Of a stretch of 64,000 nucleotides of DNA, positions 48,983 through 58,513 are shown in pieces. A model generated the notes under the pieces. It did not search any database. It was not told where the DNA came from and was given only the letters and a program-made list of their open reading frames with translations. The number at the start of each line of letters is the position of its first letter. Position 1 is the first letter of the stretch. Both the position numbers and the translations under genes were made by a program. Location of the stretch: positions 536,190 through 600,189 of the forward strand of contig NZ_JAPZQX010000003.1 in assembly GCF_027531025.1 (NCBI RefSeq). Reading direction: 5' to 3'. Origin of the DNA: Novosphingobium sp. Its GTDB lineage: Bacteria; Pseudomonadota; Alphaproteobacteria; Sphingomonadales; Sphingomonadaceae.

Positions 48983-48992
48983 TTTCCGGTTG

Positions 48993-49931
48993 TTACTTCT
49001 TCAGGCCGATCTCGCGCAGGCGCTGCTGCAGGAACTCGTCAGCCGTGATCGGGACCGGATAACGATCAGGATTTTCGGCAGTGATGCATTGCGGCAGCGT
49101 CTTGATCGGCCAGTCGCTGCGCAAGTGCAGGAAGAACGGCATCGAATAGCGGCTGAAGGCGGCCCGGCGCGGATCCGGGTTGCGGACCCGGTGGATTGTC
49201 GAGGGCAGGAAGTGGTTGGTCAGCCGTTCGAGCATGTCGCCCACGTTGATCACCATCGCGCCTTCGGGCGGATTGGCGGGGATCCATTCCTTGCCCTGGA
49301 ACAGCAATTCAAGGCCCGCTTCTTCGGCCCCCAGCAGCAGGGTGATCAGGTTGATATCGCCATGAGCGCCGGCGCGGATCGCCTCGCCCTCAAGGTTTTC
49401 GATCGGCGGGTAATGCAGCAGCCGCATCACCGAATTGCCATCCTCAATCGCCGGATCGAACCAGTGCTCGTCCAGCCCGAGATAGACCGCAATGCGCGAC
49501 AGGATGGTCGCGCCGGTCTTGTCGAACTGGCGGTAAAGATCGCTAAAGGTCTCCTGGAAACCCTCGGGCCGGGTGGGCCAGACATTGGGCGGCATCGAGG
49601 CATCGGCGAGCGGGCTGCCTTCGGGCAGGTCGCGACCAATGTGCCAGAATTCCTTGAGATCGTGGTGCTTGGCGTCCTTGGCGATTTCGACCCCGAACGG
49701 GGTATAACCGCGCGCGCCGCCGATCACCGGATCGTGATAGGCCCGCTTTTCCGCCTCGGGCAGGGCGAAGAACGCTTCGGAGAGCTTCCAGGCCCGGTCG
49801 ATCAGGCCGCGATCGATGTCGAAATCCTTGACCAGGGCAAATCCGAAGGTGCGAAAGCTCTCGCCGATTACCTGCGAGAAGGCTGCAGGCTCATCAGCAA
49901 GCGAGAGCACGGGCAGCGAGGTGAGTTCCAT
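48993..49931 (-). CDS. Isopenicillin N synthase-like 2OG-Fe(II) oxygenase
   Basis: DIOX_N start (GFALV), RGYTP, LHYPP, HGD...H facial triad and RYS motif. Start at ATG 49931. Confidence 0.92.
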   Translation of the reverse strand: MELTSLPVLSLADEPAAFSQVIGESFRTFGFALVKDFDIDRGLIDRAWKLSEAFFALPEAEKRAYHDPVIGGARGYTPFGVEIAKDAKHHDLKEFWHIGRDLPEGSPLADASMPPNVWPTRPEGFQETFSDLYRQFDKTGATILSRIAVYLGLDEHWFDPAIEDGNSVMRLLHYPPIENLEGEAIRAGAHGDINLITLLLGAEEAGLELLFQGKEWIPANPPEGAMVINVGDMLERLTNHFLPSTIHRVRNPDPRRAAFSRYSMPFFLHLRSDWPIKTLPQCITAENPDRYPVPITADEFLQQRLREIGLKK

Positions 49932-49995
49932 CGGTAGACGATCCTGCAATGATGTGGTTATGGGCGCGGCCATAGACGCTTTTTGCGGAGCTCGC

Positions 49996-50415
49996 ATGAC
50001 CAAAATCAAATCCTACTGGTTGATGAAATCGGAGCCCAATGTGTACAGCTGGGACGATCTGGTGGCCGAAGGTGTGGGCACCTGGGATGGGGTCCGCAAT
50101 TACACCGCCCGCAACAACATGCGGGCGATGCAGCCGGGCGACCAGGTATTCTTATATCACTCGAATATCGGGGTTGAAATCGTTGGAATAGCAGAGATAA
50201 CCGAATCCAATATCCCCGATCCCACGGACGAAACCGGACGCTGGTCCGCCGTCAGACTGAAGCCGGTGCGCAAGCTGGCCAGGTCGGTCACCCTGAAAGA
50301 GATCAAGGCCGATCCGGCCCTGGCCGACATGGACCTGCTGACCAAGTTCCGCCTTTCGGTCTCGGCAGTGAAGCCGTCCGAATGGGATCATATCCTCGGG
50401 CTGGCCGAGGGCTGA
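49996..50415 (+). CDS. EVE domain-containing protein
   Basis: YWLMKSEP, WDGVRNYTARN, GDQVFLYHS and RLSVSAV. Start at ATG 49996. Confidence 0.93.
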   Translation: MTKIKSYWLMKSEPNVYSWDDLVAEGVGTWDGVRNYTARNNMRAMQPGDQVFLYHSNIGVEIVGIAEITESNIPDPTDETGRWSAVRLKPVRKLARSVTLKEIKADPALADMDLLTKFRLSVSAVKPSEWDHILGLAEG

Positions 50416-52086
50416 TCACTTCCCCGCGCGGGCCCGCAGTCCCGAGACCGAAGCACCGCCTGCGCTGAGCTGCTCAACGTCGATCACAAGGTGCAGCAGC
50501 CGCACGCCCTTGCGCGCCTTGGCTTCGGCCAGGGCGGCGGTGAACTGCTCGGTCGTCTCGACCCGCTCGGCCCAGCCACCAAAGGCGCGGGCGAGGGCGG
50601 CAAAGTCGGGATTGTGGAGCGTCGTGCCCGAAACCCGGGCTGGAAATTCGCGCTCCTGGTGCATCCGGATGGTGCCATAGGCACCGTTATCCACCAGCAC
50701 GACCAGCATGTCGCAGCCATATTGGACAGCGGTGGCCAGTTCCTGGCCGTTCATCAGGAAATCGCCATCACCGGCCAGCGCGATCACCGTGCGATCGGGA
50801 TAGCGCCGCGCGGCGGCGACTGCGGCCGGCACGCCAAAGCCCATTGCCCCGGCGGTCGGCGCCAGCTGGGTCGGAAAACCGTTGTAGTGCCAGTAACGGT
50901 GCCACCAGCCCGAAAAGTTCCCCGCACCGTTGCAGATGATGGCATCGTCCGGCAGCGCCGCGCGCATCGCGGCAACCACTTGCCCCATATCGAGGGCATG
51001 GCCATTGGTTTTGGGGTTCGACCAGTCGAGCCATTCGGCATGGGCTTCGGCCCCGGCATCGAAGGGCACGATATCGTCGTCCCACAGGTCGGCGGCCTCG
51101 GCGAATTCGGTCATGTCAGCGCAGATCGCCATATCCGGACGATAGACCCGGCCAAGCTCCTCCGGATCGGGGTGGACATGGACCAGCGTCTGGCCGGGAT
51201 GGTCAGGGGTGATCAGGGTATAGCTGTCCGTAGTCGCCTCACCCAGCCGGGCACCAACCACCAGCACGAGGTCGGCGTTCCTGATCCGCTCGACCAGCTT
51301 GGGATTGGGGCCATAGCCCAGGTTCCCGGCCCAGGCGGGGCTTGAATTCGGCACGGCATCCTGCCGCCGGAAGGCACCCGCAACCGGCAGGCCGATCCGC
51401 TCGGCAAACCCGGTGAAGTGCTCGCGTGCCTTGGCGTGCCAGCCGGCCCCGCCGACGATGGCGACGGGGGCGCAGGCATCCTCGATCATGCGCATCAGTG
51501 TACCCATCGCATCCGGACAGACGGCCTGGGCCGGCCGGGCCACTGCCGGGCGGGGCGCCCGGTCAGCCACCTGCTCCAGCAGCATGTCTTCGGGCAGGGC
51601 GATCACAACCGGGCCGGGGCGCCCGGCCATGGCCGTGGCCCAGGCGCGGGCGATGTATTCGGGAATCCGGCGCGGATCGTCGATCCGCAGCACCAGCTTG
51701 GCGAGCGGCGCGAACATGGTCGCGAAGTCCACCTCCTGGAATCCCTCGCGGTCGCGCATCCCGCGGTCGACATCGCCGATGAACAGAAGCATCGGCTGCG
51801 AGTCCTGGAAGGCCACGTGTGCGCCGATGCTGGCATTGGCCGCGCCCGGTCCGCGGGTGACGAAGCATACTCCGGGCCGACCGGTAAGCGTGCCGTCCGC
51901 GCAGGCCATGAATGCCGCCCCGCCTTCCTGGCGGCAGATGACGGTTTCGATCTCAGGCGAGTCGTGGAGGGCGTCCAGCACGGCCAGAAAGCTCTCGCCC
52001 GGCACGGTGAAGATTCGATCGCAGCCCTGTGCGATCAGGCAATCGACGAGCAGCCGCCCGCCAGTGATCGTGGAATTATCGCTCAT
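50416..52086 (-). CDS. Thiamine pyrophosphate-binding enzyme (acetolactate synthase-like)
   Basis: VPGESFL, CRQEGGAAFMA, TRGPG and GDGDFLM...VDNG TPP motif. Confidence 0.92.
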   Translation of the reverse strand: MSDNSTITGGRLLVDCLIAQGCDRIFTVPGESFLAVLDALHDSPEIETVICRQEGGAAFMACADGTLTGRPGVCFVTRGPGAANASIGAHVAFQDSQPMLLFIGDVDRGMRDREGFQEVDFATMFAPLAKLVLRIDDPRRIPEYIARAWATAMAGRPGPVVIALPEDMLLEQVADRAPRPAVARPAQAVCPDAMGTLMRMIEDACAPVAIVGGAGWHAKAREHFTGFAERIGLPVAGAFRRQDAVPNSSPAWAGNLGYGPNPKLVERIRNADLVLVVGARLGEATTDSYTLITPDHPGQTLVHVHPDPEELGRVYRPDMAICADMTEFAEAADLWDDDIVPFDAGAEAHAEWLDWSNPKTNGHALDMGQVVAAMRAALPDDAIICNGAGNFSGWWHRYWHYNGFPTQLAPTAGAMGFGVPAAVAAARRYPDRTVIALAGDGDFLMNGQELATAVQYGCDMLVVLVDNGAYGTIRMHQEREFPARVSGTTLHNPDFAALARAFGGWAERVETTEQFTAALAEAKARKGVRLLHLVIDVEQLSAGGASVSGLRARAGK

Positions 52087-52179
52087 ATCGGGGCTTTAGC
52101 GCCAAGCCGCTACGGCGGCAACGCGCGGGCGCCCGTTCATGCCCGGTTTGGTTACTGTCCCGCTTTGGGAAACTGGCCG

Positions 52180-52224
52180 TTAACCGCAATTTTCCGGCTG
52201 GTTCGATGGTGAAGGAAGTCTTAA
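52180..52224. promoter_or_regulatory. Two CtrA-like boxes
   Basis: TTAA-CCGCAAT-TTTC (52180-52194) and TGAA-GGAAGTC-TTAA (52210-52224). Confidence 0.45.
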
Positions 52225-52234
52225 CCCGATCGCC

Positions 52235-52426
52235 ATGAGAAGAGCCCTGGTCCTGACTGACGAAACCGCCCGGCATCCGTTCCGGGCCTCGCTGCCGCCC
52301 CATGTCCGCAAGGGGATCGAGCCGAGGCCGGCTCGGGTCCGTTCGCTGTTCACGATGCAGGATCTGCGGGATTTCCTGCTGGCTTACTGCGCCTGCTTTC
52401 TGGCGGTCAGCACGTTTCTGCTCTGA
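52235..52426 (+). CDS. Small hypothetical protein with C-terminal hydrophobic tail
   Basis: 63 codons filling an otherwise empty gap; ends RDFLLAYCACFLAVSTFLL. Confidence 0.65.
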   Translation: MRRALVLTDETARHPFRASLPPHVRKGIEPRPARVRSLFTMQDLRDFLLAYCACFLAVSTFLL

Positions 52427-52443
52427 CCGGGTGACGCAAAGAC

Positions 52444-53754
52444 CTACCTGATCCGCGCGGCTTCCTCGGCCGCGACCAGCAGTCGCCCAAGCCAGGCCGA
52501 AACCAGGCACATCGCCGCACCCAGCAGCAACTGGTCATTCATCGGTAAGCCGACCGCGCTCATTCCCAGCGCCATGACCGAGCCCAGCACCATCGCCCCG
52601 GAATTGACAATGTTGTTCGCCGCGATGGTCCGCGCAGTCTCGGTCCGGTCCACAAAGGTGGTGAGGAAAGCATAGAGCGGCACCACGAACATCCCGCCGG
52701 CCACGGAAATTCCCAGCAGGCTGAGCAGCAGGGGTATGGCGAGCGGTTCGGCCAGGAAGGTCGGCACATCGAGCAGGCCGTCCTCGGGATGCGAGTACCA
52801 GGAACTGCAGACCCACCAGAAACCGATCACGAACAGCCCCATGATCAGCACCGAGGCGGGCGAATAGCGGGCCGAAACCGTTCCGCGCAGCAGCTTGTTG
52901 ACCGAGACCGAACCGATCGCCACCCCGATCGAGAAGATCACAAGGAACAGGCTAGCGACCTCCTTAGAGGCGGACAGGACGTTTTTCGCCAGCGGCGGGA
53001 ACTGGATGAACAGCACCGCGCCGATCGTCCAGAAGAAGCTGATCGCCATGATCGCGAGGAACACGCGCCGATCGCGCATGGTGTGGCGGATCAGGTTGAT
53101 TGACGAGCGCCAGACATGCAGGTCCAGCGGTTGCGGCTCGCCCTGGGGCGGGGCGTCAGGGACATAGCGCGAGGTCACATAGCCAATCAGCGCCGTGATC
53201 ACGACGCCGACCGCTGCCCATTCGACCGGGATCCAGCCGGCCAGGATCGTGCCGGACAGGATCGCGATATAGGTGCCCGCCTCGACCAGCCCGGTACCGG
53301 CCAGCACTTCGTCCTCACGCAGGTGCTGCGGCAGGATCGCGTACTTGATCGGGCCGAAGAAAGTGGAATGGACCCCCATCGCAAGCAGGGCGAGCAGCAT
53401 CAGTGGAACGGTGAATTCCTGGCCGATCACCCCCTGCCAGGCGAGCAGCAATCCGGCTCCGCCAACCAGCATGATGCCGATTTCCGATGCCTTGACGATG
53501 CGGATGATCCGAGCCTTGTCGCGCATGTCCGCAAGTTGGCCGGCAAGCGCTGAGAGCAGGAAGAACGGCAGGATGAACAGAGCCGAGGCCACGGCGCTGA
53601 ACAGCCCCTCGGCCGCTTCCGAGCTGTAGACGCTGTAGACCACGAAAAACACCATCGCATTGCGATAGAGGTTGTCATTGAACGCGTTGAGCAGCTGGGT
53701 GACGAACAGCGGCAGAAACCGGCGGCTGCGAATCAGATGGGTCGAAGTGGTCAT
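52444..53754 (-). CDS. MFS transporter (LplT/Aas N-terminal-like)
   Basis: RRFLPLFVTQLLNAFNDN, AGQLAD, FFGPIKYAILP and IAANNIVN. Confidence 0.88.
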   Translation of the reverse strand: MTTSTHLIRSRRFLPLFVTQLLNAFNDNLYRNAMVFFVVYSVYSSEAAEGLFSAVASALFILPFFLLSALAGQLADMRDKARIIRIVKASEIGIMLVGGAGLLLAWQGVIGQEFTVPLMLLALLAMGVHSTFFGPIKYAILPQHLREDEVLAGTGLVEAGTYIAILSGTILAGWIPVEWAAVGVVITALIGYVTSRYVPDAPPQGEPQPLDLHVWRSSINLIRHTMRDRRVFLAIMAISFFWTIGAVLFIQFPPLAKNVLSASKEVASLFLVIFSIGVAIGSVSVNKLLRGTVSARYSPASVLIMGLFVIGFWWVCSSWYSHPEDGLLDVPTFLAEPLAIPLLLSLLGISVAGGMFVVPLYAFLTTFVDRTETARTIAANNIVNSGAMVLGSVMALGMSAVGLPMNDQLLLGAAMCLVSAWLGRLLVAAEEAARIR

Positions 53755-53863
53755 GCGGCCCTTGCAGATTGCCCCCGGGGCTCCGCTTTATCGTCAGTTG
53801 GGCTGCGGACAAGCCCAATCATGGCCTTTTGCACGAGCGTGCTTGGGGCTATGCCCCGTGGCC

Positions 53864-54457
53864 ATGTGGACCTTGCCGAACATCCTGACGCTGTCGCGGA
53901 TCGTGGCGCTGCCGCTGCTGGCGTTCCTGATGTGGTGGCCGAACTGGCAGTATGGCTATGGCCTGGCCTTCGCGCTTTACTGCCTGATGGGCTTTACCGA
54001 TTACTTTGATGGTTATCTGGCCCGCACCACGGGGGCGGCGTCCAGGCTTGGGCAATTCCTCGATCCGATCGCCGACAAGATCATGGTCGCCACCGTGATC
54101 CTGACCCTGACCGCCCAGGGCATCCTGCGTGGCCCCTATGTGGGGGACATGCACGTGATCGCCGGGCTGGTGATCCTGATCCGCGAAATTGCCGTTTCAG
54201 GCCTGCGCGAATTCCTGGGCGGGCTGCAGGTCTCGGTGCCCGTCAGCCGCCTGGCCAAATGGAAGACTACCTTCCAGCTGGTGTGCCTGGGCGCCCTGAT
54301 CCTGGGCGTGGCCTTGCCGGAGTGGACGATGAACGTGCTGGGGCAGACGGTGAACGTGCCGCACACGGTTGGCCTGACCACGCTGTGGGCCGCAGCGGTT
54401 CTGACGGTGATTACCGGGTGGGATTACCTGCGGGTCGGCCTCAAGCACATGGATTGA
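53864..54457 (+). CDS. pgsA: CDP-diacylglycerol--glycerol-3-phosphate 3-phosphatidyltransferase
   Basis: LPNILTLSR, TDYFDGYLAR...GQFLDPIADK, REIAVSGLRE and AKWKT. Start at ATG 53864. Confidence 0.95.
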   Translation: MWTLPNILTLSRIVALPLLAFLMWWPNWQYGYGLAFALYCLMGFTDYFDGYLARTTGAASRLGQFLDPIADKIMVATVILTLTAQGILRGPYVGDMHVIAGLVILIREIAVSGLREFLGGLQVSVPVSRLAKWKTTFQLVCLGALILGVALPEWTMNVLGQTVNVPHTVGLTTLWAAAVLTVITGWDYLRVGLKHMD

Positions 54458-54458
54458 G

Positions 54459-55355
54459 CTAGCCGGCGCGCAGTTCCTCGGCCAGCAGGCGGAACTCATC
54501 CCCGCGCGGGCTGTTCTTGCGCCAGACCAGGGCGATCTCGCGGTTGGCGGAATCGCTGCGCAACGGGCGGGCGATCACATCGGTGCCGTTCAGGATCCCG
54601 GCATCGAGCGCCATTTCCGGCAGCATGGTCAGCCCCAGGCCATTGTCGACCATCTGCACCAGGGTATGCAGCGAGGTGCCGATCATCGTAGCCGAGGCGC
54701 GCAGTTCCGGCCGGTTGCAGGCGGCGAGCGCGTGCTCCTTGAGGCAATGCCCGTCTTCGAGCAGCAGCAGCCGGTGCTCGTCGATCAGGTCGGCGGTAAT
54801 CTCCGCTGGCGGATCGCGCGGGTCGTTCTTGGGAAAGGCAACATAGAGCGCATCCAGCTCGATGATTTCCTTTTCCACTTCGCCAGTAGGATAGGGCAGG
54901 GCCAGCAGCACGCAGTCGCAGCGGCCGTGATGCAGGCTTTCCATGGCCGCCTGGCTTGTTTCCTCGCGCAGGTAGAGCTTGAGCTGGGGCCGCTCGCGGC
55001 GCAGCCGGGGCAGCATGCGGGGCAGCAGGAATGGCGCGATCGTGGGGATCACGCTCATCCGCACTTCGCCCGACAGCGGCAGTCCGGCGCTTTGGACCAT
55101 TTCGGACAGCTCTTCCGCCTCGCGCAACAACCGGTGCGCCTTGGCGACCACGGCATTGCCCAGCGGGGTGAAGCGAACCGCGCGCTTGGTCCGTTCGACC
55201 AGCACAACACCAAGCAGCGTTTCGAGATCGCGCAAGCCCGCTGAAAGCGTCGATTGGGAGACGAAACAGGCATCCGCAGCCCGACCGAAATGCCCATGTT
55301 CATGCAGGGCAACCAGGTATTGCAACTGCTTGAGAGTGGGCAGGTATGTGGTCAT
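54459..55355 (-). CDS. oxyR: LysR-type hydrogen peroxide sensor OxyR
   Basis: LysR HTH and LLEDGHCLKEHALAAC (C-x8-C redox pair). ATG 55355 overlaps the rnd stop. Confidence 0.9.
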   Translation of the reverse strand: MTTYLPTLKQLQYLVALHEHGHFGRAADACFVSQSTLSAGLRDLETLLGVVLVERTKRAVRFTPLGNAVVAKAHRLLREAEELSEMVQSAGLPLSGEVRMSVIPTIAPFLLPRMLPRLRRERPQLKLYLREETSQAAMESLHHGRCDCVLLALPYPTGEVEKEIIELDALYVAFPKNDPRDPPAEITADLIDEHRLLLLEDGHCLKEHALAACNRPELRASATMIGTSLHTLVQMVDNGLGLTMLPEMALDAGILNGTDVIARPLRSDSANREIALVWRKNSPRGDEFRLLAEELRAG

Positions 55356-56554
55356 TCGGCCGCCTGGCACTTGGGCGGTGCGTTTCCGATCTCGTCGATG
55401 TGGGCCATCTTGAGCCGGCCCTTCACGACCGCGAAGGCCAGCTTGCCTTCGACCAGTTCAAGGGCGTCGCGGCCGAATTGGTCATAGCGCCAGCCTTCGA
55501 GCAAGGGCAGCTCGCGCACTCCGGCGGCCAGCAGTTCAAGGTCTTCGCTCCGCGCCAGCAGGCGGGCCGCAACGTCGATCTCGCGGCTGCGGATCTTGAG
55601 CAGCAGTTTCAGCAGATCGGCCACCAGCGCGCCTTCCTTGCCCAGCGGGGCGCCACGCGGCGTGCGCGGGGGAAGTTCATCCTCGTTCAGTGGCTTGGCC
55701 GCTTCCAGCGTTGCCATCATCCGCTTGCCGATTTCGTTGTCCTTCCAGCCGGCCGAAAGTCCGCGCACCTTGGCCAGGTCCGCCTGGGTTTTCGGAGGAT
55801 GGCTGGCGATGTCGGCCAGCGTTTCGTCCCGGGCGATCCGGCCGCGCGGAATGTTCTTGTCCTGCGCCTCATACTCGCGCCAGGCGGCCAGGGCCTTGAG
55901 CCGCCCCAGCATCGCCGGATTGCGGCCGGACGCCTTGATCCGCTGCCAGGCAACCGAGGGGTCGTTGCGGTAATTGGCCGGGTCGGCCAGCTTTTCCATC
56001 TCGATATCGAGCCAGGCCCCGCGCCCGGTCTTGATCAGGCGCTTGAGCATCTTCGGGAAGATTTCGGCCAGGTGGGTCACGTCACCGATGGCATATTCGA
56101 TCTGGCGCTCGGTCAGCGGCCGCCGCGACCAGTCGGTAAAGCGGGCGCCCTTGTCGATCTGCAGGCCGAGCCAGCTTTCAACCAGGTTGGAATAGCCGAT
56201 CTGTTCCGACTGGCTGATTGCCATCATCGCGATCTGGGTATCGAAGATCGGATGCGGGGTCTTGCCGGTCAGGTTGTAGATGATTTCCACGTCCTGCCCG
56301 CCGGCGTGGAACACCTTCAGCACGTCCTCGTTGTCCACCAGCAAGTCGAGCAGCGGGGCCAGATCGAGGTCCTTGGCCAGCGGATCGATCGCCGCGGCCT
56401 CGGTCGTGTCGGCGATCTGGATCAGGCACAATTCCGGCCAATAGGTGTTCTCGCGCATGAACTCGGTGTCCACGCAAATGAAATCCGCCTTGGCGAGTCG
56501 GGCACAGAGTGCGGCCAGCGTGGCACTATCGGTGATCAGGGGGTGTATCTTCAT
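55352..56554 (-). CDS. rnd: Ribonuclease D
   Basis: [26 protein letters not shown] and an HRDC-type C-terminal half. Confidence 0.95.
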   Translation of the reverse strand: MKIHPLITDSATLAALCARLAKADFICVDTEFMRENTYWPELCLIQIADTTEAAAIDPLAKDLDLAPLLDLLVDNEDVLKVFHAGGQDVEIIYNLTGKTPHPIFDTQIAMMAISQSEQIGYSNLVESWLGLQIDKGARFTDWSRRPLTERQIEYAIGDVTHLAEIFPKMLKRLIKTGRGAWLDIEMEKLADPANYRNDPSVAWQRIKASGRNPAMLGRLKALAAWREYEAQDKNIPRGRIARDETLADIASHPPKTQADLAKVRGLSAGWKDNEIGKRMMATLEAAKPLNEDELPPRTPRGAPLGKEGALVADLLKLLLKIRSREIDVAARLLARSEDLELLAAGVRELPLLEGWRYDQFGRDALELVEGKLAFAVVKGRLKMAHIDEIGNAPPKCQAAE

Positions 56555-56670
56555 CGCGCTTTTCTATAGTTGGACCCGTGCGAGCCCGCGGCTTGACAAA
56601 TGCACGGGCTTCGCCTGTTAGCCCGCGCTTTCGCCCCTGCATCATTGCAGGCCGATTGGAAAGAGTTTCG

Positions 56671-58452
56671 ATGCATCTTTATCGTTCGCACACCTGCGGC
56701 GCGCTGCGCGCCAGCGATGTAGGCCAGACCATCCGCTTGTCGGGTTGGGTCCACCGCAAGCGCGACCATGGCGGCGTGCTGTTCGTCGATCTGCGCGATC
56801 ATTACGGGATGACCCAGATCGTGGCCGATGCCGACAGTCCGGCACTGCCGATCCTGGAAGGCCTGCGGGTGGAATCGGTCGTGACCATCGATGGCGAGGT
56901 CAAGGCCCGCAGCGCCGGAACGGTGAACCCCAATCTGCCGACCGGCGAGATCGAGGTCTTTGCCCGCGGTGCCACGGTGCTGAGCCGCGCCGAGGAACTG
57001 CCGCTGCCGGTGGCGGGCGAACAGGAATACCCCGAGGATATCCGCCTGCGCTACCGCTTCCTCGACCTGCGGCGCGAGACGCTGCACGCCAATATCATGA
57101 CGCGCACCGCGATCATCCGCGAAACGCGCCGCCGGATGGAAGACATCGGCTTTACCGAGTTTTCCACCCCGATCCTGACCGCCTCCAGCCCCGAAGGCGC
57201 GCGCGATTTTCTGGTGCCGAGCCGTATCCACACCGGCAAGTTCTTCGCGCTGCCGCAGGCGCCGCAGCAATACAAGCAGCTGCTGATGGTTGCCGGGTTC
57301 GATCGCTATTTCCAGATCGCCCCCTGCTTCCGTGACGAGGACCCGCGCGCCGATCGCCTGCCGGGCGAGTTCTACCAGCTCGACCTGGAAATGAGCTTCG
57401 TCACCCAGGAAGAAGTCTGGGAAACGATGGAACCGGTCATCGCCGGGATCTTCGAGAAGTTCGCGAACGGCAAGGCGGTGACCCCGGCCGGCCAGTTCCC
57501 GCGCATCCCCTATGCCAAAGCGATGCTCGACTATGGCACGGACAAGCCGGATCTGCGCAACCCGCTGATTATCCGCGACGTGACCAGCGAGTTCACCGCT
57601 TCGGGCTTTGGCCTGTTCGAGAAGATCGTCGGCACCGGCGGCGTGGTCCGCCTGATCCCGGCCCCTGACACCGCCGGGCTCAGCCGCAAGTTCTTTGACG
57701 ACATGAACGAGTGGGCGCGCGGCGAGGGCTATGCCGGGCTTGGCTATGCCACCCGCAAGGATGGCGTGTTCGGCGGTCCGATCGCCAAGAACCACGGCGA
57801 GGACAAGATGGCCGCGCTGTGGGATTCGCTCGGCCTTGGCCCCAACGACGGCGCGTTCTTCGCCGCCGGCAAGGAAGACCAGGCTGCCAAGCTGGCCGGT
57901 GCCGCGCGCAACCGCGTGGGCGAGCAGCTTGACCTGGTCGAGAAGGACGCCTTCCGCTTTTGCTGGATCATCGACTTCCCGTTCTACGAATGGGACGAGG
58001 ACGAGAAGAAGCTCGACTTCGCGCACAACCCGTTCTCGATGCCGCAGGGTGGGCTGGAAGCGCTGCAGACGCAGGATCCGCTCACAATTAAAGCGTACCA
58101 GTACGACATGGTCTGCAACGGCTATGAACTGGCGTCGGGCTCGATCCGCAACCAGCACCCGGACCTGATGGTCAAGGCCTTCGAATTGACCGGCCTGACC
58201 CAGGCCAATGTCGAGGCGCGGTTCGGCGGCATGTACCGCGCGTTCCAGTATGGCGCACCGCCGCATGGCGGGATGGCGGCCGGGGTCGATCGCATGGTCA
58301 TGCTGCTCTGCGGCGTGCAGAACCTGCGCGAGATCACGCTGTTCCCGATGAACCAGCGCGCGGAAGACCTGCTGATGGGGGCGCCTTCGCTGGCCGAACC
58401 GAAGCAGCTGCGCGAACTGGGCCTGCGGATCGTCGAGCAGCCCAAGGCATAA
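56671..58452 (+). CDS. aspS: Aspartate--tRNA ligase, probably non-discriminating (Asp/Asn)
   Basis: [27 protein letters not shown] and GAPPHGG. Start at ATG 56671. Confidence 0.96.
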   Translation: MHLYRSHTCGALRASDVGQTIRLSGWVHRKRDHGGVLFVDLRDHYGMTQIVADADSPALPILEGLRVESVVTIDGEVKARSAGTVNPNLPTGEIEVFARGATVLSRAEELPLPVAGEQEYPEDIRLRYRFLDLRRETLHANIMTRTAIIRETRRRMEDIGFTEFSTPILTASSPEGARDFLVPSRIHTGKFFALPQAPQQYKQLLMVAGFDRYFQIAPCFRDEDPRADRLPGEFYQLDLEMSFVTQEEVWETMEPVIAGIFEKFANGKAVTPAGQFPRIPYAKAMLDYGTDKPDLRNPLIIRDVTSEFTASGFGLFEKIVGTGGVVRLIPAPDTAGLSRKFFDDMNEWARGEGYAGLGYATRKDGVFGGPIAKNHGEDKMAALWDSLGLGPNDGAFFAAGKEDQAAKLAGAARNRVGEQLDLVEKDAFRFCWIIDFPFYEWDEDEKKLDFAHNPFSMPQGGLEALQTQDPLTIKAYQYDMVCNGYELASGSIRNQHPDLMVKAFELTGLTQANVEARFGGMYRAFQYGAPPHGGMAAGVDRMVMLLCGVQNLREITLFPMNQRAEDLLMGAPSLAEPKQLRELGLRIVEQPKA

Positions 58453-58513
58453 ACGCCGCATTCAGCTTGCGTCGGCTACCCCCGTTGCGGCAATCACTGT
58501 CGCAACGAGAAGG

